The notes beneath the pieces are model-generated. The model was not told where the DNA came from, did not search any database, and saw nothing but the letters and a program-made list of their open reading frames with translations. A program made the translations under genes and the position numbers. Below, piece by piece: positions 1-9,993 of a stretch of DNA of 64,000 nt. Source of the stretch: an uncultured bacterium (GTDB taxonomy: Bacteria; Krumholzibacteriota; Krumholzibacteriia; Krumholzibacteriales; Krumholzibacteriaceae); the NCBI GenBank assembly GCA_965371515.1, contig CBDUYR010000005.1, forward strand, positions 9,312 to 73,311, read 5' to 3'. The first letter of the stretch is position 1; every line of letters starts with the position of its first letter.

Positions 1-588
1 GTCTCCTGTTGTCCTTCTTGGCCGTGATGAAGTCGAGGATGTCGGGATGGTCGACGCGCAGAATCGCCATGTTGGCGCCTCGCCTCGTGCCTCCCTGTTT
101 GACAGTCTCGGTGGCAGCGTCAAAAACCGTCATGAACGAGATCGGCCCGCTCGAGATACCCTTGGTCGTCTTGACCCTGTCGTTCTTAGGGCGGATACGC
201 GAAAAGGAGAATCCCGTGCCGCCGCCACTCTTGTGAATAAGCGCCGTGTTCTTGATCGTCTCGAATATGCTCTCCATCGAGTCTTCGATGGGAAGGACGA
301 AACAGGCGGAGAGCTGCTGGAGCTCTGCGCCGGCGTTCATCAACGTCGGTGAGTTGGGAAGAAAATCGAGGGTGGCCATCATGTTGTAGAACGTCTCCTC
401 CCAGGCGAGGCGGTTCTTGTTGTCGCCGTACCGCCGCTCGGCCGAGGCGATGTTCGCCGCGACCCGCTGGAAGAGTTCCTCCGGTGTCTCGGTCAGATTT
501 CCCTTTACGTCCTTGCGTAGATACCTTCTCTCGAGCACTCTGAGAGAGTTGTTGGATATCCGTGGTTCGAGACGGCCTGAAGACATGA
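1..588 (-). CDS. nrdJ: Adenosylcobalamin-dependent ribonucleotide reductase (class II), N-terminal part; gene continues past window start
   Basis: Manual reverse-complement translation from ATG at 588: [26 protein letters not shown]...[11 protein letters not shown]...[15 protein letters not shown], typical class II RNR N-terminus. The ORF track missed it because the stop lies off-window. Confidence 0.8.
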
Positions 589-760
589 TAACCCCCGGTG
601 ATGTAAGAATTTACCTATGTTGAAGCAATATTTTCCGTGTGCCCCGAATAGTGCCATATCTTGGGGCAAGTGCAAATATCGCATACTACATTTAGGGCGT
701 CAACAGATTTTTCCCACCTGTCCGCATTATGTGATATTTGCTGATGATTGTCTGTAACTC

Positions 761-774
761 ATATGAATTCATAT
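761..774. promoter_or_regulatory. 14-bp perfect palindrome atatgaattcatat in the AT-rich divergent intergenic region between nrdJ and the outer-membrane protein gene; candidate operator
   Basis: Read directly; the sequence is its own reverse complement and sits in a low-GC island (589-880) in an otherwise 62% GC window. Confidence 0.3.
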
Positions 775-882
775 TGTTATGATAAAGCAATTTCGTGACC
801 GAACCGCCGGAAAGGGTTCGCAGGTGTCAAAATAATGTGTTATTATCGCCCCGGGCTGAATCGCAGAGACGAGGTGGCAAAG

Positions 883-1581
883 ATGACTTGTCGGAAGACC
901 TTGGGGAATATGAACAGGATGATATCGGGGCTGAAGACTTGGTTTCTGGGAACGACGGTTGCGGCGGCGATGGTGCTCATCCCGGCGCAGGTGAATTCCC
1001 AGGTATTCGGCCAGTACACAACGGCGGCGATTTCTCATCTCGGCGAGGGAACCGTATTCGCCGCGGCCGGAGACGCGAGGTTCCGAAGCGGGCTGGCGAC
1101 GAGATTCCTCATCACCGGCAGGAGCGACCTCGGGCTGCAGTTCGGCTACACCCGCGCCGAGGAAGTCGACAACTACGGCTTCGGCGCCGACTACAAGTTC
1201 TACATAATCAACGAGGACCCCTCTACCCCGCTCGACCTCTCGGCCGACATATCTCTCGGCTGGCTAGGCGGTTCGGGCTACAGCAGGGGGATCTTCACAG
1301 CGGCCTTCATGATCAGCGGCATGATCGATCCGGAAGCGAGGATCAGGTTCGAGCCGTATGGATCGGTCGGGTTCATCGGGCAATACTTCTTCGGGAAAGG
1401 CAGCTGCGAGGAACGGCGGCCCGGCGCCTGGCCGTGCGACGACGACGACTGGTCGGCAGATTCGAACCTGCTGCTCCGGGGCGGAACGAAGATCTGGCTC
1501 ACCGACGACTACCAGCTCTACGTGGAACTCGACTACGACGGGAAGACCATGATCGGCGCCGCGATAAACGTGGTGTTCTAG
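883..1581 (+). CDS. Outer-membrane beta-barrel protein (hypothetical)
   Basis: ORF 835..1581; ATG at 883 preceded by gaggtgg. Signal peptide MISGLKTWFLGTTVAAAMVLIPAQVNSQ, alternating beta-strand pattern, C-terminal ...AAINVVF with terminal Phe typical of OMPs. Confidence 0.5.
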   Translation: MTCRKTLGNMNRMISGLKTWFLGTTVAAAMVLIPAQVNSQVFGQYTTAAISHLGEGTVFAAAGDARFRSGLATRFLITGRSDLGLQFGYTRAEEVDNYGFGADYKFYIINEDPSTPLDLSADISLGWLGGSGYSRGIFTAAFMISGMIDPEARIRFEPYGSVGFIGQYFFGKGSCEERRPGAWPCDDDDWSADSNLLLRGGTKIWLTDDYQLYVELDYDGKTMIGAAINVVF

Positions 1582-1591
1582 ATCCTGAGAA

Positions 1592-2356
1592 TTACTTGCC
1601 CTTGAAGATAACGACGGCGGTGATGTTGTCATCCCCGCCGTATTTGATTGCGGCCTTGATCAGTTTATTACACGCCTTCTTCGGATCGTTCTGCTCGACG
1701 ATCGATTCGATCTCATCTTCTGGAACCATCGAGAACAATCCGTCGGAGCAGAGCAGGATCTTGTCGCCATCCTCGAAGGCGATCCCCTCGTGGATGTCGG
1801 GAGCCACCTCTTTCCTCAGTCCGACGGCGCGCGTCAGAACATTGCGGCGTGGGTGCTTGACTGCCTCGTCCCTGTTGATCAGCCCCTTCTGGACCATCTC
1901 GCCGACGAGGCTGTGATCCTCGGTAAGCTGCTCGATCTTTCCTCCACGGATCAGATAGGCGCGCGAGTCACCTGCGTGCGCGATGTTGTAGTTATCGGGA
2001 AAGAGAGCGACCGATGTGCATGTCGTACCGGCTCTCCCCTTCCTTCCGTTGCCGACATGCTTGAATACACGCCTGTTCGCCTCCCTGAAGGCGACCCCCA
2101 GTGTCTCTATCGCGGACTTGCCCTTTTCCGAGTAATAGATGTCGCCCATGACCTCGACGACCATCCTGCTCGCTTCCTCGCCCGAGAAATGTCCACCCAT
2201 TCCGTCGGTGACCACGACGAGGACGCCCCTCGACTCGCGCAGCTCGTCGGTTTCCGGATCGAAGATCCCGTAGTAATCCTCGTTCCTCTCCCTCACCGAG
2301 CCGCGGTCGCTCGCGGCCGAGATGATAAATGGCCAGTTGCTGTACTCGTCGATCAT
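1592..2356 (-). CDS. PP2C-family Ser/Thr protein phosphatase
   Basis: Motifs RERNEDYY, VVTDGMGGH, HAGDSRAYL, LLCSDGL, GGDDNITAVVI. Confidence 0.8.
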   Translation of the reverse strand: MIDEYSNWPFIISAASDRGSVRERNEDYYGIFDPETDELRESRGVLVVVTDGMGGHFSGEEASRMVVEVMGDIYYSEKGKSAIETLGVAFREANRRVFKHVGNGRKGRAGTTCTSVALFPDNYNIAHAGDSRAYLIRGGKIEQLTEDHSLVGEMVQKGLINRDEAVKHPRRNVLTRAVGLRKEVAPDIHEGIAFEDGDKILLCSDGLFSMVPEDEIESIVEQNDPKKACNKLIKAAIKYGGDDNITAVVIFKGK

Positions 2357-2413
2357 CTATCCGTCCAGTTCTGATGTCCCTTATGTTTGAATCTCTTCAG
2401 TATCTTTTGTCTT

Positions 2414-2875
2414 TCAAATCGACTGCCAGCTCTCGGGCAGCCTGAGCGTCATCACTTTCGTCGAGGCGATCTCGATACCGGCGAGGTCACGCGAATCCCT
2501 GACACTGTCCGGTATCCTGTCGGTCGTCGCGGGTCCGAACCCGAATCTCTCGAAATACACTTCAGTGCCCGGGACCGCCAGCACCCAGACGCTGTCGCAC
2601 CGGTCCGAAACGTATGCAAGGACCCTGCTTACCAGCGCGGTCCCGATTCCCTCGCCCCTCTCATCCTCCATTACCGCCACAAAGTGCAGGAGACATTCCT
2701 TTTCGAACTCTCTCGAGCCCGTAATGCCAGCGAGAGATCCGTCAGAATCGAATATTCCGAAGAGATCGCAATCCGCAGAGTACCTGTTCTTCAGGCGTTC
2801 CGATTCGAGAAGTCTGCCTATCTCCATCTCGAGTCTGGGATTCAACTCGGTTATCCTGAAGACCTGGCCGCTCAT
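2414..2875 (-). CDS. GNAT family N-acetyltransferase
   Basis: 153 aa; acetyl-CoA-binding motif RGEGIGTALV, typical GNAT size. Confidence 0.65.
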   Translation of the reverse strand: MSGQVFRITELNPRLEMEIGRLLESERLKNRYSADCDLFGIFDSDGSLAGITGSREFEKECLLHFVAVMEDERGEGIGTALVSRVLAYVSDRCDSVWVLAVPGTEVYFERFGFGPATTDRIPDSVRDSRDLAGIEIASTKVMTLRLPESWQSI

Positions 2876-3046
2876 CTTCTCCCGCTAATCCCCGCATGTT
2901 CAGCCACAGCCGCCGCTTGGACCCCACCCCTGCGGGACACCGGCCCCTTGTATCCACGGCCGCCTGATGCTACATTACCGCGAGAGATTAATATCTGATG
3001 ATGTGAAGGTCAAGCCCTGATATCGGAGTCCGGGAAGGAGAACGAT

Positions 3047-3739
3047 TTGAGCAGCAATACCGAGGTCTTCAGCCGGATCATCGACGGCGCCGCGGCGGCC
3101 ATCTTTGATTTCGACAACGTAATCGTCGACTCCGAACCATTCCACTACAGGGCCTATTCCGAGGTGTTCGCCGGGAAGGGCCATACGATCGACCGTGAGG
3201 AATACTGGGTGGAATGGACTTCGAAGGGCGGCGGCGCCGAGGGCGAAATAAAAAGGTGCGGGCTCGATCTCGATCCTGCCGAAATCCGGAGCGAGAAGGA
3301 CCCGATATATTCCTCGTACTGCATAAATGGTGAGATCCCACTCTTTCCCGATGCTGTCAGGATCACACGGCTGTTCGCGAACTCCGGCCTCAGGACCGCC
3401 ATCGCGTCCGGATCGTACAGCCATGACGTCAGGGCGCTGCTGAAAGCCCACAATATCGAGCGTCTGTTCGAGACGGTCGTGGGAAAGGACGACTCGGGGC
3501 GTATCAAGCCTTTCCCCGAGCCCTACCTTCTCGCCGCCGAGAGGCTCGGGCTCGAGCCGGGAAAATGCTTCGCCATCGAGGACGCCGAAAAGGGCGTCAT
3601 CAGCGCTCATGCTGCGGGAATGAAGGTGATAGTCGTGGAAACCGCCGTAACTGCGGCCGTCTCGATCGCGGGGGCCGACCTGCACCTGTCGGGACTCGGC
3701 GAGTTGTACGAGGTGATGCTCGATTCGGGAATGAGTTGA
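3047..3739 (+). CDS. HAD-superfamily hydrolase (beta-phosphoglucomutase/phosphatase-like, subfamily IA)
   Basis: DFDNVIVDSE motif I, later AIEDAEKGV / K...D motifs; 230 aa. Confidence 0.75.
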   Translation: MSSNTEVFSRIIDGAAAAIFDFDNVIVDSEPFHYRAYSEVFAGKGHTIDREEYWVEWTSKGGGAEGEIKRCGLDLDPAEIRSEKDPIYSSYCINGEIPLFPDAVRITRLFANSGLRTAIASGSYSHDVRALLKAHNIERLFETVVGKDDSGRIKPFPEPYLLAAERLGLEPGKCFAIEDAEKGVISAHAAGMKVIVVETAVTAAVSIAGADLHLSGLGELYEVMLDSGMS

Positions 3740-3803
3740 TTTCCGGTACTGGTCCGCACCGCTGCCCCGACATTCCAGCCGAGTTCCCGCGGCGGGCACT
3801 TCT

Positions 3804-4790
3804 CTATCTCATCATCTTCTTGATGGCACCCCAGCTCGATTCCTCTGTCGCGATGATTCCGTGCGTAAACGTCGTATCCGTCGCGGCGCACTCAACGAAC
3901 GAATTGTCGATGACCTCACCTGACAGGTCTTTCGTCAGCGAGAATGCCTTGTAATATAGAATGGCACCCTGGGGCGCGGCTGCGTCGTAGAAGTACAGCG
4001 GCATACCGTACGCGCTCGGCATCTCGATGACGAGACGTCCGTCGCCGTAACCGGCAGGATACCCATCGGTACTGGCCCTTATCACCGTCGTGTTGCCTTC
4101 GCCCGCGATCCAGGTGAGCTTAACTGCAACCCCGTATCCAGCCGTAGCTTCGAGCTCTACAACGGGGAGGTTGGGCTCCTCGCAGATCGGCTTCTGACAC
4201 GTGTAGAGATACCCGGAACCAACGTAGCCGCCGTGCTGGGGCGAGAACATGTAATGCTCATTATAGCCCCAGTCGGTCGCGAACATCCTCGCCGTGTCAT
4301 AGTTCGGTCCGAGGTTTATCCACGTCAATTCCGATCCCTCGGCGGGCTTGATAAGGACGTGTCCGGCGAGTTCCGGACCGCAGAGCGGCTGGCAGGCCTC
4401 GAGCTTGAGGTTGCAGATGTAGATCTCTTCGAGCCTGGACATCGACTCGTCAACGATGCTGACGCAGTTGGCAGGTGTGAATCCGACGATACTGTCGTTC
4501 GACTCCACGCCGAACTCGAGGTAGGTCACGCCCTCGTGGACGTTGTAGAACCAGATCGGGACCTCGATGATCTCCTCACCGGGCATCCTGTTCCTGCTGC
4601 ATATGATGTCGGCGGGGATATCCTCGGCGTTGCCGAAATGGACGGCCAGCCGGACGAGATAGTCGAATTCGAAGAATCCGGGGGCAAGCATCAGCGAGCC
4701 GAAACACTGGGCGTTCGCCCCTCCGGAAGGAATAATCGTTACAAATGCCAGAATAAGCACTGGCAATAAAAATAGGGGCTTCCTGAACAT
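3804..4790 (-). CDS. Secreted hypothetical protein
   Basis: ORF 3804..4913; internal Met followed by signal peptide MFRKPLFLLPVLILAFVTIIPSGGANA; no recognizable family. Confidence 0.45.
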   Translation of the reverse strand: MFRKPLFLLPVLILAFVTIIPSGGANAQCFGSLMLAPGFFEFDYLVRLAVHFGNAEDIPADIICSRNRMPGEEIIEVPIWFYNVHEGVTYLEFGVESNDSIVGFTPANCVSIVDESMSRLEEIYICNLKLEACQPLCGPELAGHVLIKPAEGSELTWINLGPNYDTARMFATDWGYNEHYMFSPQHGGYVGSGYLYTCQKPICEEPNLPVVELEATAGYGVAVKLTWIAGEGNTTVIRASTDGYPAGYGDGRLVIEMPSAYGMPLYFYDAAAPQGAILYYKAFSLTKDLSGEVIDNSFVECAATDTTFTHGIIATEESSWGAIKKMMR

Positions 4791-4975
4791 GACGATATCG
4801 TTCCTCCATAGAAGGATGAGATGGATAGCCCCCTCCACGAACCGATATTTAACAACCCACTTTCGACAATTAAAATTATGACATATACCAACAGGAAAGT
4901 CAAGATTGTACATTAATCAGGACATTAACTTTATGTTCGTAAGGATTTTTAACTTCATCGCGGAGGGTCTGAGGA

Positions 4976-6394
4976 TCAATCCCGTTTCTTCCCTTTGTTT
5001 TTCCCTTTGCTCTTCTCTTTGCTCTTCTCTTTGCTCTTCTCTTCGCTTTTCTTGTTATTCTCTCTTTTATCGTTTTTCTCGTTTTTTCTCTCGCGGAGGC
5101 GCCTCCAGTACTCGAGCCGTTTGATCATCTCCCTCTCGAATCCGCGCTCGACCGGCTCGTAATACCTCCTGCCGGCGATTTCCGCGGGGAAATACTCCTG
5201 GGCGGCGACGGCGTCGGACTCCTCGTGCGGGTAGATATATCCATCCCCGTACCCGAGATCCTTCATAAACCTTGTCGGAGCGTTCCTGATCCAGAGAGGG
5301 ACAGGCAGGGGACCGTGCTCTTCCACATCGGCAGCGGCCGCTTTGTATGCCGTCTCGAGGGCATTGCTTTTCGGCGCCAGCGCTAGGTATGTCACGGCCT
5401 GGGCCAGGGCGAGCTTTCCCTCGGGCATCCCGATGAACCTGACCGCTTCCATCGCCCCGATCGTCAACTGCAATGCCTGCGGATCGGCGTTACCGACGTC
5501 CTCCGAGGCGAACCGGACCAGGCGGCGGGCGATATAAAGCGGATCCTCTCCCGCCTCGAGCATCCGGGCAAGCCAGTAGAGGCCCGCGTCGGGGTCTCCC
5601 CCCCGCAGGCCTTTATGGAGGGCCGAGATGATGTTGAAATGTTCCTCGCCCTTCTTGTCGTAGCGGATGCTCCTTCTCTGGACCGCTTCCTCGACAGCTT
5701 CGCGCGTCAGTGTCACCGGACCCGCGCCGGGAAAGGAAGCGACGGCCATTTCGAGCGCGTTGAGCGCAATCCTCGCATCGCCGCTGGCCAGGTGTGCGAG
5801 GTAACCGAGGACCTCGCTGTCGGCATCGACGGCCCTTTTCCTGAAGCCTCGTTCGTCGTCATCGAGGGCGGCGCGGAGGATCCCCGCGATGTCTGCCTCG
5901 CTGAGCGACTCGAGGACGAACACCCTGCATCGTGACAGCAGCGGCGAGATCACCTCGAAGCTGGGATTCTCCGTCGTGGCTCCGATCAGGATTATCGTAC
6001 CATTCTCTATGTGGGGGAGAAAGGCGTCCTGCTGGGCCTTGTTGAACCTGTGTATCTCGTCGATGAAGAGGATCGTCCGGCGGCCGTTGTAGCCGAGCCG
6101 CTGGGCCGCCTCGCCTACAATCCTTCTGACATCGGCTATTCCGGCCGTCACGGCGGAGAAGAACACGAAATGCACGTCGACCTTCTCCGCTATGATATGG
6201 GCGAGCGTCGTCTTGCCGCACCCGGGCGGGCCCCAGAAGATCAGCGACGACTCGAGCGTCCCCTGTTCGAGCATACGCCTGAGGATCTTCCCCTCACCGA
6301 CCACGTCGCTCTGGCCGAAGAACTCGTCGAGGGTCTTCGGTCTCATGCGCTCCGCGAGCGGAGGCGCAATATCTGTGGAAAACAAGTCGTCCAT
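4976..6394 (-). CDS. rarA: Replication-associated recombination protein A (AAA+ ATPase RarA/MgsA) with lysine-rich repetitive C-terminal tail
   Basis: GPPGCGKTT Walker A, ILFIDEIHRFNK Walker B / sensor, RarA-specific helical lid and C-terminal domains; tail ...KSEEKSKEKSKEKSKGKNKGKKRD. Confidence 0.85.
   Translation of the reverse strand: MDDLFSTDIAPPLAERMRPKTLDEFFGQSDVVGEGKILRRMLEQGTLESSLIFWGPPGCGKTTLAHIIAEKVDVHFVFFSAVTAGIADVRRIVGEAAQRLGYNGRRTILFIDEIHRFNKAQQDAFLPHIENGTIILIGATTENPSFEVISPLLSRCRVFVLESLSEADIAGILRAALDDDERGFRKRAVDADSEVLGYLAHLASGDARIALNALEMAVASFPGAGPVTLTREAVEEAVQRRSIRYDKKGEEHFNIISALHKGLRGGDPDAGLYWLARMLEAGEDPLYIARRLVRFASEDVGNADPQALQLTIGAMEAVRFIGMPEGKLALAQAVTYLALAPKSNALETAYKAAAADVEEHGPLPVPLWIRNAPTRFMKDLGYGDGYIYPHEESDAVAAQEYFPAEIAGRRYYEPVERGFEREMIKRLEYWRRLRERKNEKNDKRENNKKSEEKSKEKSKEKSKGKNKGKKRD
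4990..5045. repeat. 12-nt tandem repeat (tttgctcttctc, about 4 copies) encoding (EKSK)n at the rarA 3' end
   Basis: Direct reading: ctttgctcttctctttgctcttctctttgctcttctcttcgc. Confidence 0.7.
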
Positions 6395-6423
6395 CGGATT
6401 ACTTCTGGTCAGATTTCTCGATC

Positions 6424-6468
6424 ATGTGCGGTCCGGTTCCCTGATTATGTGTAGTCCGGTTCCTTGTC
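6424..6468. repeat. Imperfect 21-22 nt tandem duplication of the glpX 3' end straddling its stop codon
   Basis: atgtgcggtccggttccctgat / atgtgtagtccggttccttgtc, about 17/21 identical. Confidence 0.4.
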
Positions 6469-7389
6469 GAAGAAATGCTCGGTTCGCAGGAACCTCAGAG
6501 TACCGCTCTTGCTGCGCAAAACGAGGCTGTGAGTCACGGCGCCCCCCGGTCGGAAGTTCACACCCTCGAGGAAAGCACTCCTCGATACCCCGGTCACGGC
6601 GAACATGATGTTGTTTCCGCCGGTGAGGTCCTCGATGCCGAATACCCTTTCATAGTCACTGTCCTCGTCGGACTGTCCCGACTCCTCCCTGACCAGCTGT
6701 CCCTGAAAACCCCCACCGAGACAGGCCAGCGCCGCCGCCGTTATGATCCCCTGCCGGGTGTCGCCCGTCCCGAGCGCCACGTCGATCCCCGTATCGGGCA
6801 GCACGGCCGCGAACGCGGCGGCGAGGTCGCCGTCGCGGACGAGTTCGATCCTTGCCCCGGCGCGCCTGACCTCGTCGATGAGGTTGGCGTGCCTCTCCCT
6901 GTCGAGGATGGCCACGGTCAGGTCCTCGACGTAGACGCGTTTCGCCTCGGCGATCCTGACCAGCTGGTCGAAGATCGAGCTGTCCAGATCTATACAGTCG
7001 GCCGCATCGCTGCCGACTACGATCTTTCTCATGTATCTCGCATTGAAATGCCTGAACGATCCCCTCGGGCCGATGGCTATGGCGGAGATGGCGTTCCCCT
7101 GCCCGTCGGCCAGCGAGCCCATCCCCTCGAGCGGATCGAGGGCTATATCGACCTCGGGATCCTCGCCCGAGCCGACCACGTCGCCACGGCGCAGGACGGC
7201 ATCGGGGATCTCGTCCCTTTCTCCGATGATAACGTTTCCGGTGATCTTGATGCCCTTGATCACGATGGCCATAGCCGCCGCGGCCGCCCCGTCGGCGGTT
7301 ATGGGATCGCCCTTCCCCAGCAGCCGGGCGGAAGCCAGCGCCGCCGCCTCGGTCGCTCGGACCAGTTCAAGGGCCAGATTGCGATCCAA
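6445..7389 (-). CDS. glpX: Fructose-1,6-bisphosphatase class II
   Basis: N-terminus MDRNLALELVRATEAAALASARLLGKGDPITADGAAAAAM and overall colinearity with GlpX family; 314 aa. Confidence 0.85.
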   Translation of the reverse strand: MDRNLALELVRATEAAALASARLLGKGDPITADGAAAAAMAIVIKGIKITGNVIIGERDEIPDAVLRRGDVVGSGEDPEVDIALDPLEGMGSLADGQGNAISAIAIGPRGSFRHFNARYMRKIVVGSDAADCIDLDSSIFDQLVRIAEAKRVYVEDLTVAILDRERHANLIDEVRRAGARIELVRDGDLAAAFAAVLPDTGIDVALGTGDTRQGIITAAALACLGGGFQGQLVREESGQSDEDSDYERVFGIEDLTGGNNIMFAVTGVSRSAFLEGVNFRPGGAVTHSLVLRSKSGTLRFLRTEHFFDKEPDYT

Positions 7390-7403
7390 ATCTCATTCCC
7401 TCC

Positions 7404-7835
7404 TTATTCCTCCCTGATCGCCGGCATGCCGTCTTCATCGACATCATCCTGCCGCTCTTCTCTGACGGCAACGACCATCTCGTTCAGTTCCTTCGCCATC
7501 TGGTACTGATGGATAGCGAAGATCACGGGAAGAAGGATGTACGCCACCCCCGCGGTAAGCGGGACGGCGAAGATCTGGATCACGAAGGTAAGCCAGAACC
7601 AATTCCATTGACCGAGGTAAATGTAGCCTACCGGCCCGAGCAGTATCCAGCCGAGGAAGAAACCGAGCGACGCCGCGACCCCTGGATTCCTGGTATCCTC
7701 GGGGACGCTGAGACGGGTCAGTTCGTACGCGTACAGCTTTCCACCGCCGGGAGGCGCCTTTTCGAGAGGCCTGCCGCAGTTTTCGCAGTACTCGCTTCCT
7801 TCTTTGACTTCACTACCACATTGCTGGCAGTACAT
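7404..7835 (-). CDS. Zinc-ribbon domain membrane protein (hypothetical)
   Basis: MYCQQCGSEVKEGSEYCENCGRP zinc ribbon followed by 3 predicted TM helices; ATG at 7835 has SD ggaggt 7 nt upstream. Confidence 0.5.
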   Translation of the reverse strand: MYCQQCGSEVKEGSEYCENCGRPLEKAPPGGGKLYAYELTRLSVPEDTRNPGVAASLGFFLGWILLGPVGYIYLGQWNWFWLTFVIQIFAVPLTAGVAYILLPVIFAIHQYQMAKELNEMVVAVREERQDDVDEDGMPAIREE

Positions 7836-8159
7836 GATGTTTACCTCCGCTTTTGGAATCCTCACTTCCTGTTACGTCAGCCGGAGGAGGATTGTTTCTC
7901 TTTCGTCTAACCATTTTATAGAACAGGGGCATAGAATAACAACGGTTTTTTTACTGTTTTACCGGCGTAAAGGCCTATGAAACAGATTCATGGACCGGAA
8001 TCGGCGGCGTCTGAACCAGATTGACGCCGAATGAAGAATGAGGACTTCTTCTCATAACAATATCGCGCCGGGATTACACCGGAATTCCATATATGATCTA
8101 TCTGCTGAAGGTGACTGCATATTGTGGGTAGAGGCGTGAGCAGATCTGCGTGAGAGGAT

Positions 8160-9365
8160 TCACCGGCCGCTTTCGCTGCGTGCCTTTCTGAGGCTCTCGA
8201 GATTGACGATGGCGGTCACATTCTCGGGGTCGAGCTCGAGCGTCCTCACGAGAAGCCTCTCGGCTTCGTCCAGTTCGCCGATGGACGCAAGCATCACCGC
8301 GAGGTTGATCAGCCCCGTCGGCCAGTCATGCCTCTGGTCAACGACTCCCCGCTGGATCTCGATCGCCTCCTCGGTACGCGAGAGCCTGTGAAGACACATC
8401 GCCACTCTGTCGAGGTTCCCGGGAGTCTCAGGGAGGGTCCGGAACAGGACGAGGGCCTCCCCGTATTCGCCTTCGCGGAAGAACAGCCGGGCGAGACGCT
8501 TCGCCGCCTTCTCGTCGTACTGCTCGTCGAGCATCTCCCGCAGGACCGTCTCCGCTTCCTCCGTCCGCCCCGACCTCGCCAGGGCCTCGGCATAGTTGAA
8601 CCTGATCTCGCGGTCGGCCGGATCGGCCGCCAGGGCTTCTTCGAGTGGTTTGACCGCACGGGAGGGCTGGCTGCTCCTCAGCATCAGGAGCCCGAGCTGG
8701 TAGAGAAAATCGGGAGTCATACCGCCCGCGCGTTCCGATTTGACGAAGAGCGTCTCCGCGAGAATGGGATTCGCCTCGGCGACAAGCATCCCCTTGAGAC
8801 CTAGCAGGTACGAATCGCCGGGCGCGTAGTCGAGCCCCTCGTCCACAATGGCGAGCGCCGCTTTCTCCTCCCCCCTCCTGATCCGGACGACGGCGAGGTT
8901 TCTGTTTATCACCGGGGTGTTCTCAGGCCCGCAGAACATCTTCGCCTCGTTGAGCTCGGTAAGCGCACGTCCCGTCTTGTCCGTCTCGAGAAGCAGCACG
9001 GCGAAATTCAGGTGCGTCTCGCACACCGCGTAGTCGGCGAGCAGCGATTCCTCGAAGAGAACCACCGCCTCGTCCACACTGCCCGTCCTCCAGAGGGCTT
9101 CGGCTTTCTGTCCCTTGAGCCTCGGGTCGGTGCCTCCCGCGGCCTCGAGACTATCGGCTATCCTTATCACCTCATTGTATCCGCCGCGTTCCAGAAGGGT
9201 CAGTATCTGCGTGTCGATGTCACGCCTCGGCTCATCCCAACCTTCCTCCATCGCATCCCTCACGCTGCCCCCGCCGCTCCCGGCGCACGCGCCGAATATC
9301 ACCGGCGTGAGTATGGCAGTCGCGAGGAAGATCATCCGGAACGTTCTTGCAGCATGCATATCCAT
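8160..9365 (-). CDS. TPR-repeat lipoprotein
   Basis: Signal/lipobox ...LTPVIFGACAG followed by multiple TPR-like helical repeats. ORF extends to 9431; start chosen at MDMHAARTF, which is uncertain. Confidence 0.55.
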   Translation of the reverse strand: MDMHAARTFRMIFLATAILTPVIFGACAGSGGGSVRDAMEEGWDEPRRDIDTQILTLLERGGYNEVIRIADSLEAAGGTDPRLKGQKAEALWRTGSVDEAVVLFEESLLADYAVCETHLNFAVLLLETDKTGRALTELNEAKMFCGPENTPVINRNLAVVRIRRGEEKAALAIVDEGLDYAPGDSYLLGLKGMLVAEANPILAETLFVKSERAGGMTPDFLYQLGLLMLRSSQPSRAVKPLEEALAADPADREIRFNYAEALARSGRTEEAETVLREMLDEQYDEKAAKRLARLFFREGEYGEALVLFRTLPETPGNLDRVAMCLHRLSRTEEAIEIQRGVVDQRHDWPTGLINLAVMLASIGELDEAERLLVRTLELDPENVTAIVNLESLRKARSESGR

Positions 9366-9447
9366 ACGGGGAAATGATAAGGTCGCACGGCCGACGAGTG
9401 CCAGATATTTCTGGGATATTATGTCATTCACTGAAGGACGAACGGGG

Positions 9448-9993
9448 TTACGTGGATTTCTTGAGACCCTTGGTGCGTTGCTCCATGAGCTTGTGCCGCA
9501 GCCTGCCTAAGTACCTGTTCAACGGGTGGTCGCGGTCGATGAATGGGATCACCGGCTTCTTGCGAACCCCCATGCGGGAGAGCTCGAGCGCCGCGGGGGC
9601 GTTCGTGTTGTCCAGCCTGTAAGCCTTCATGAGGTTCTCTCTCGCCTGCATGCGGTCGCCTCTCTCGAGCAGCACGCGGCCCAGGTTGACGTACAGCATC
9701 GGGTCGCGTTCATGCCCTGCGAGCTTCAGGGCCATCCTGCACATCCTCTCGCCCTTGGCCTCGTCGCCCATCATCGACTCGCATAACCCCATCGTAGAGA
9801 GATATACGGGATTCTCGGGAGATATCTTCAACGCCTGCTCGAGGAGTTTCATGGCCTCGCCGTAGTTATTTTTTTTAATATTGGCTTCCGCCTTGACGTA
9901 GAATTCCCTCGATTCGAAGGTATCTCTCGGCTCAAGCATCAGTTTGTCTGTCAATTCGTGTCCTCCGGTTGCAAAATCCAACCGGGCCGGCAA
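9448..9993 (-). CDS. TPR-repeat protein
   Basis: TPR-like repeats (YGEAMKLLEQALKISPENPVYLSTMG...); 181 aa. Confidence 0.5.
   Translation of the reverse strand: MPARLDFATGGHELTDKLMLEPRDTFESREFYVKAEANIKKNNYGEAMKLLEQALKISPENPVYLSTMGLCESMMGDEAKGERMCRMALKLAGHERDPMLYVNLGRVLLERGDRMQARENLMKAYRLDNTNAPAALELSRMGVRKKPVIPFIDRDHPLNRYLGRLRHKLMEQRTKGLKKST

Noticed and set aside
589-830. Cobalamin riboswitch upstream of nrdJ
   Set aside because: No recognizable B12-box; nrdJ uses B12 as cofactor and is not typically B12-riboswitch regulated.
795-1916. Long plus-strand ORF (373 aa) overlapping the OMP and PP2C genes
   Set aside because: Arg/Gly/Pro-rich translation typical of an off-frame ORF in high-GC DNA; overlaps two well-supported genes.
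6475-7509. 344-aa plus-strand ORF antisense to glpX
   Set aside because: Shadow ORF opposite a confidently identified glpX; low-complexity composition.
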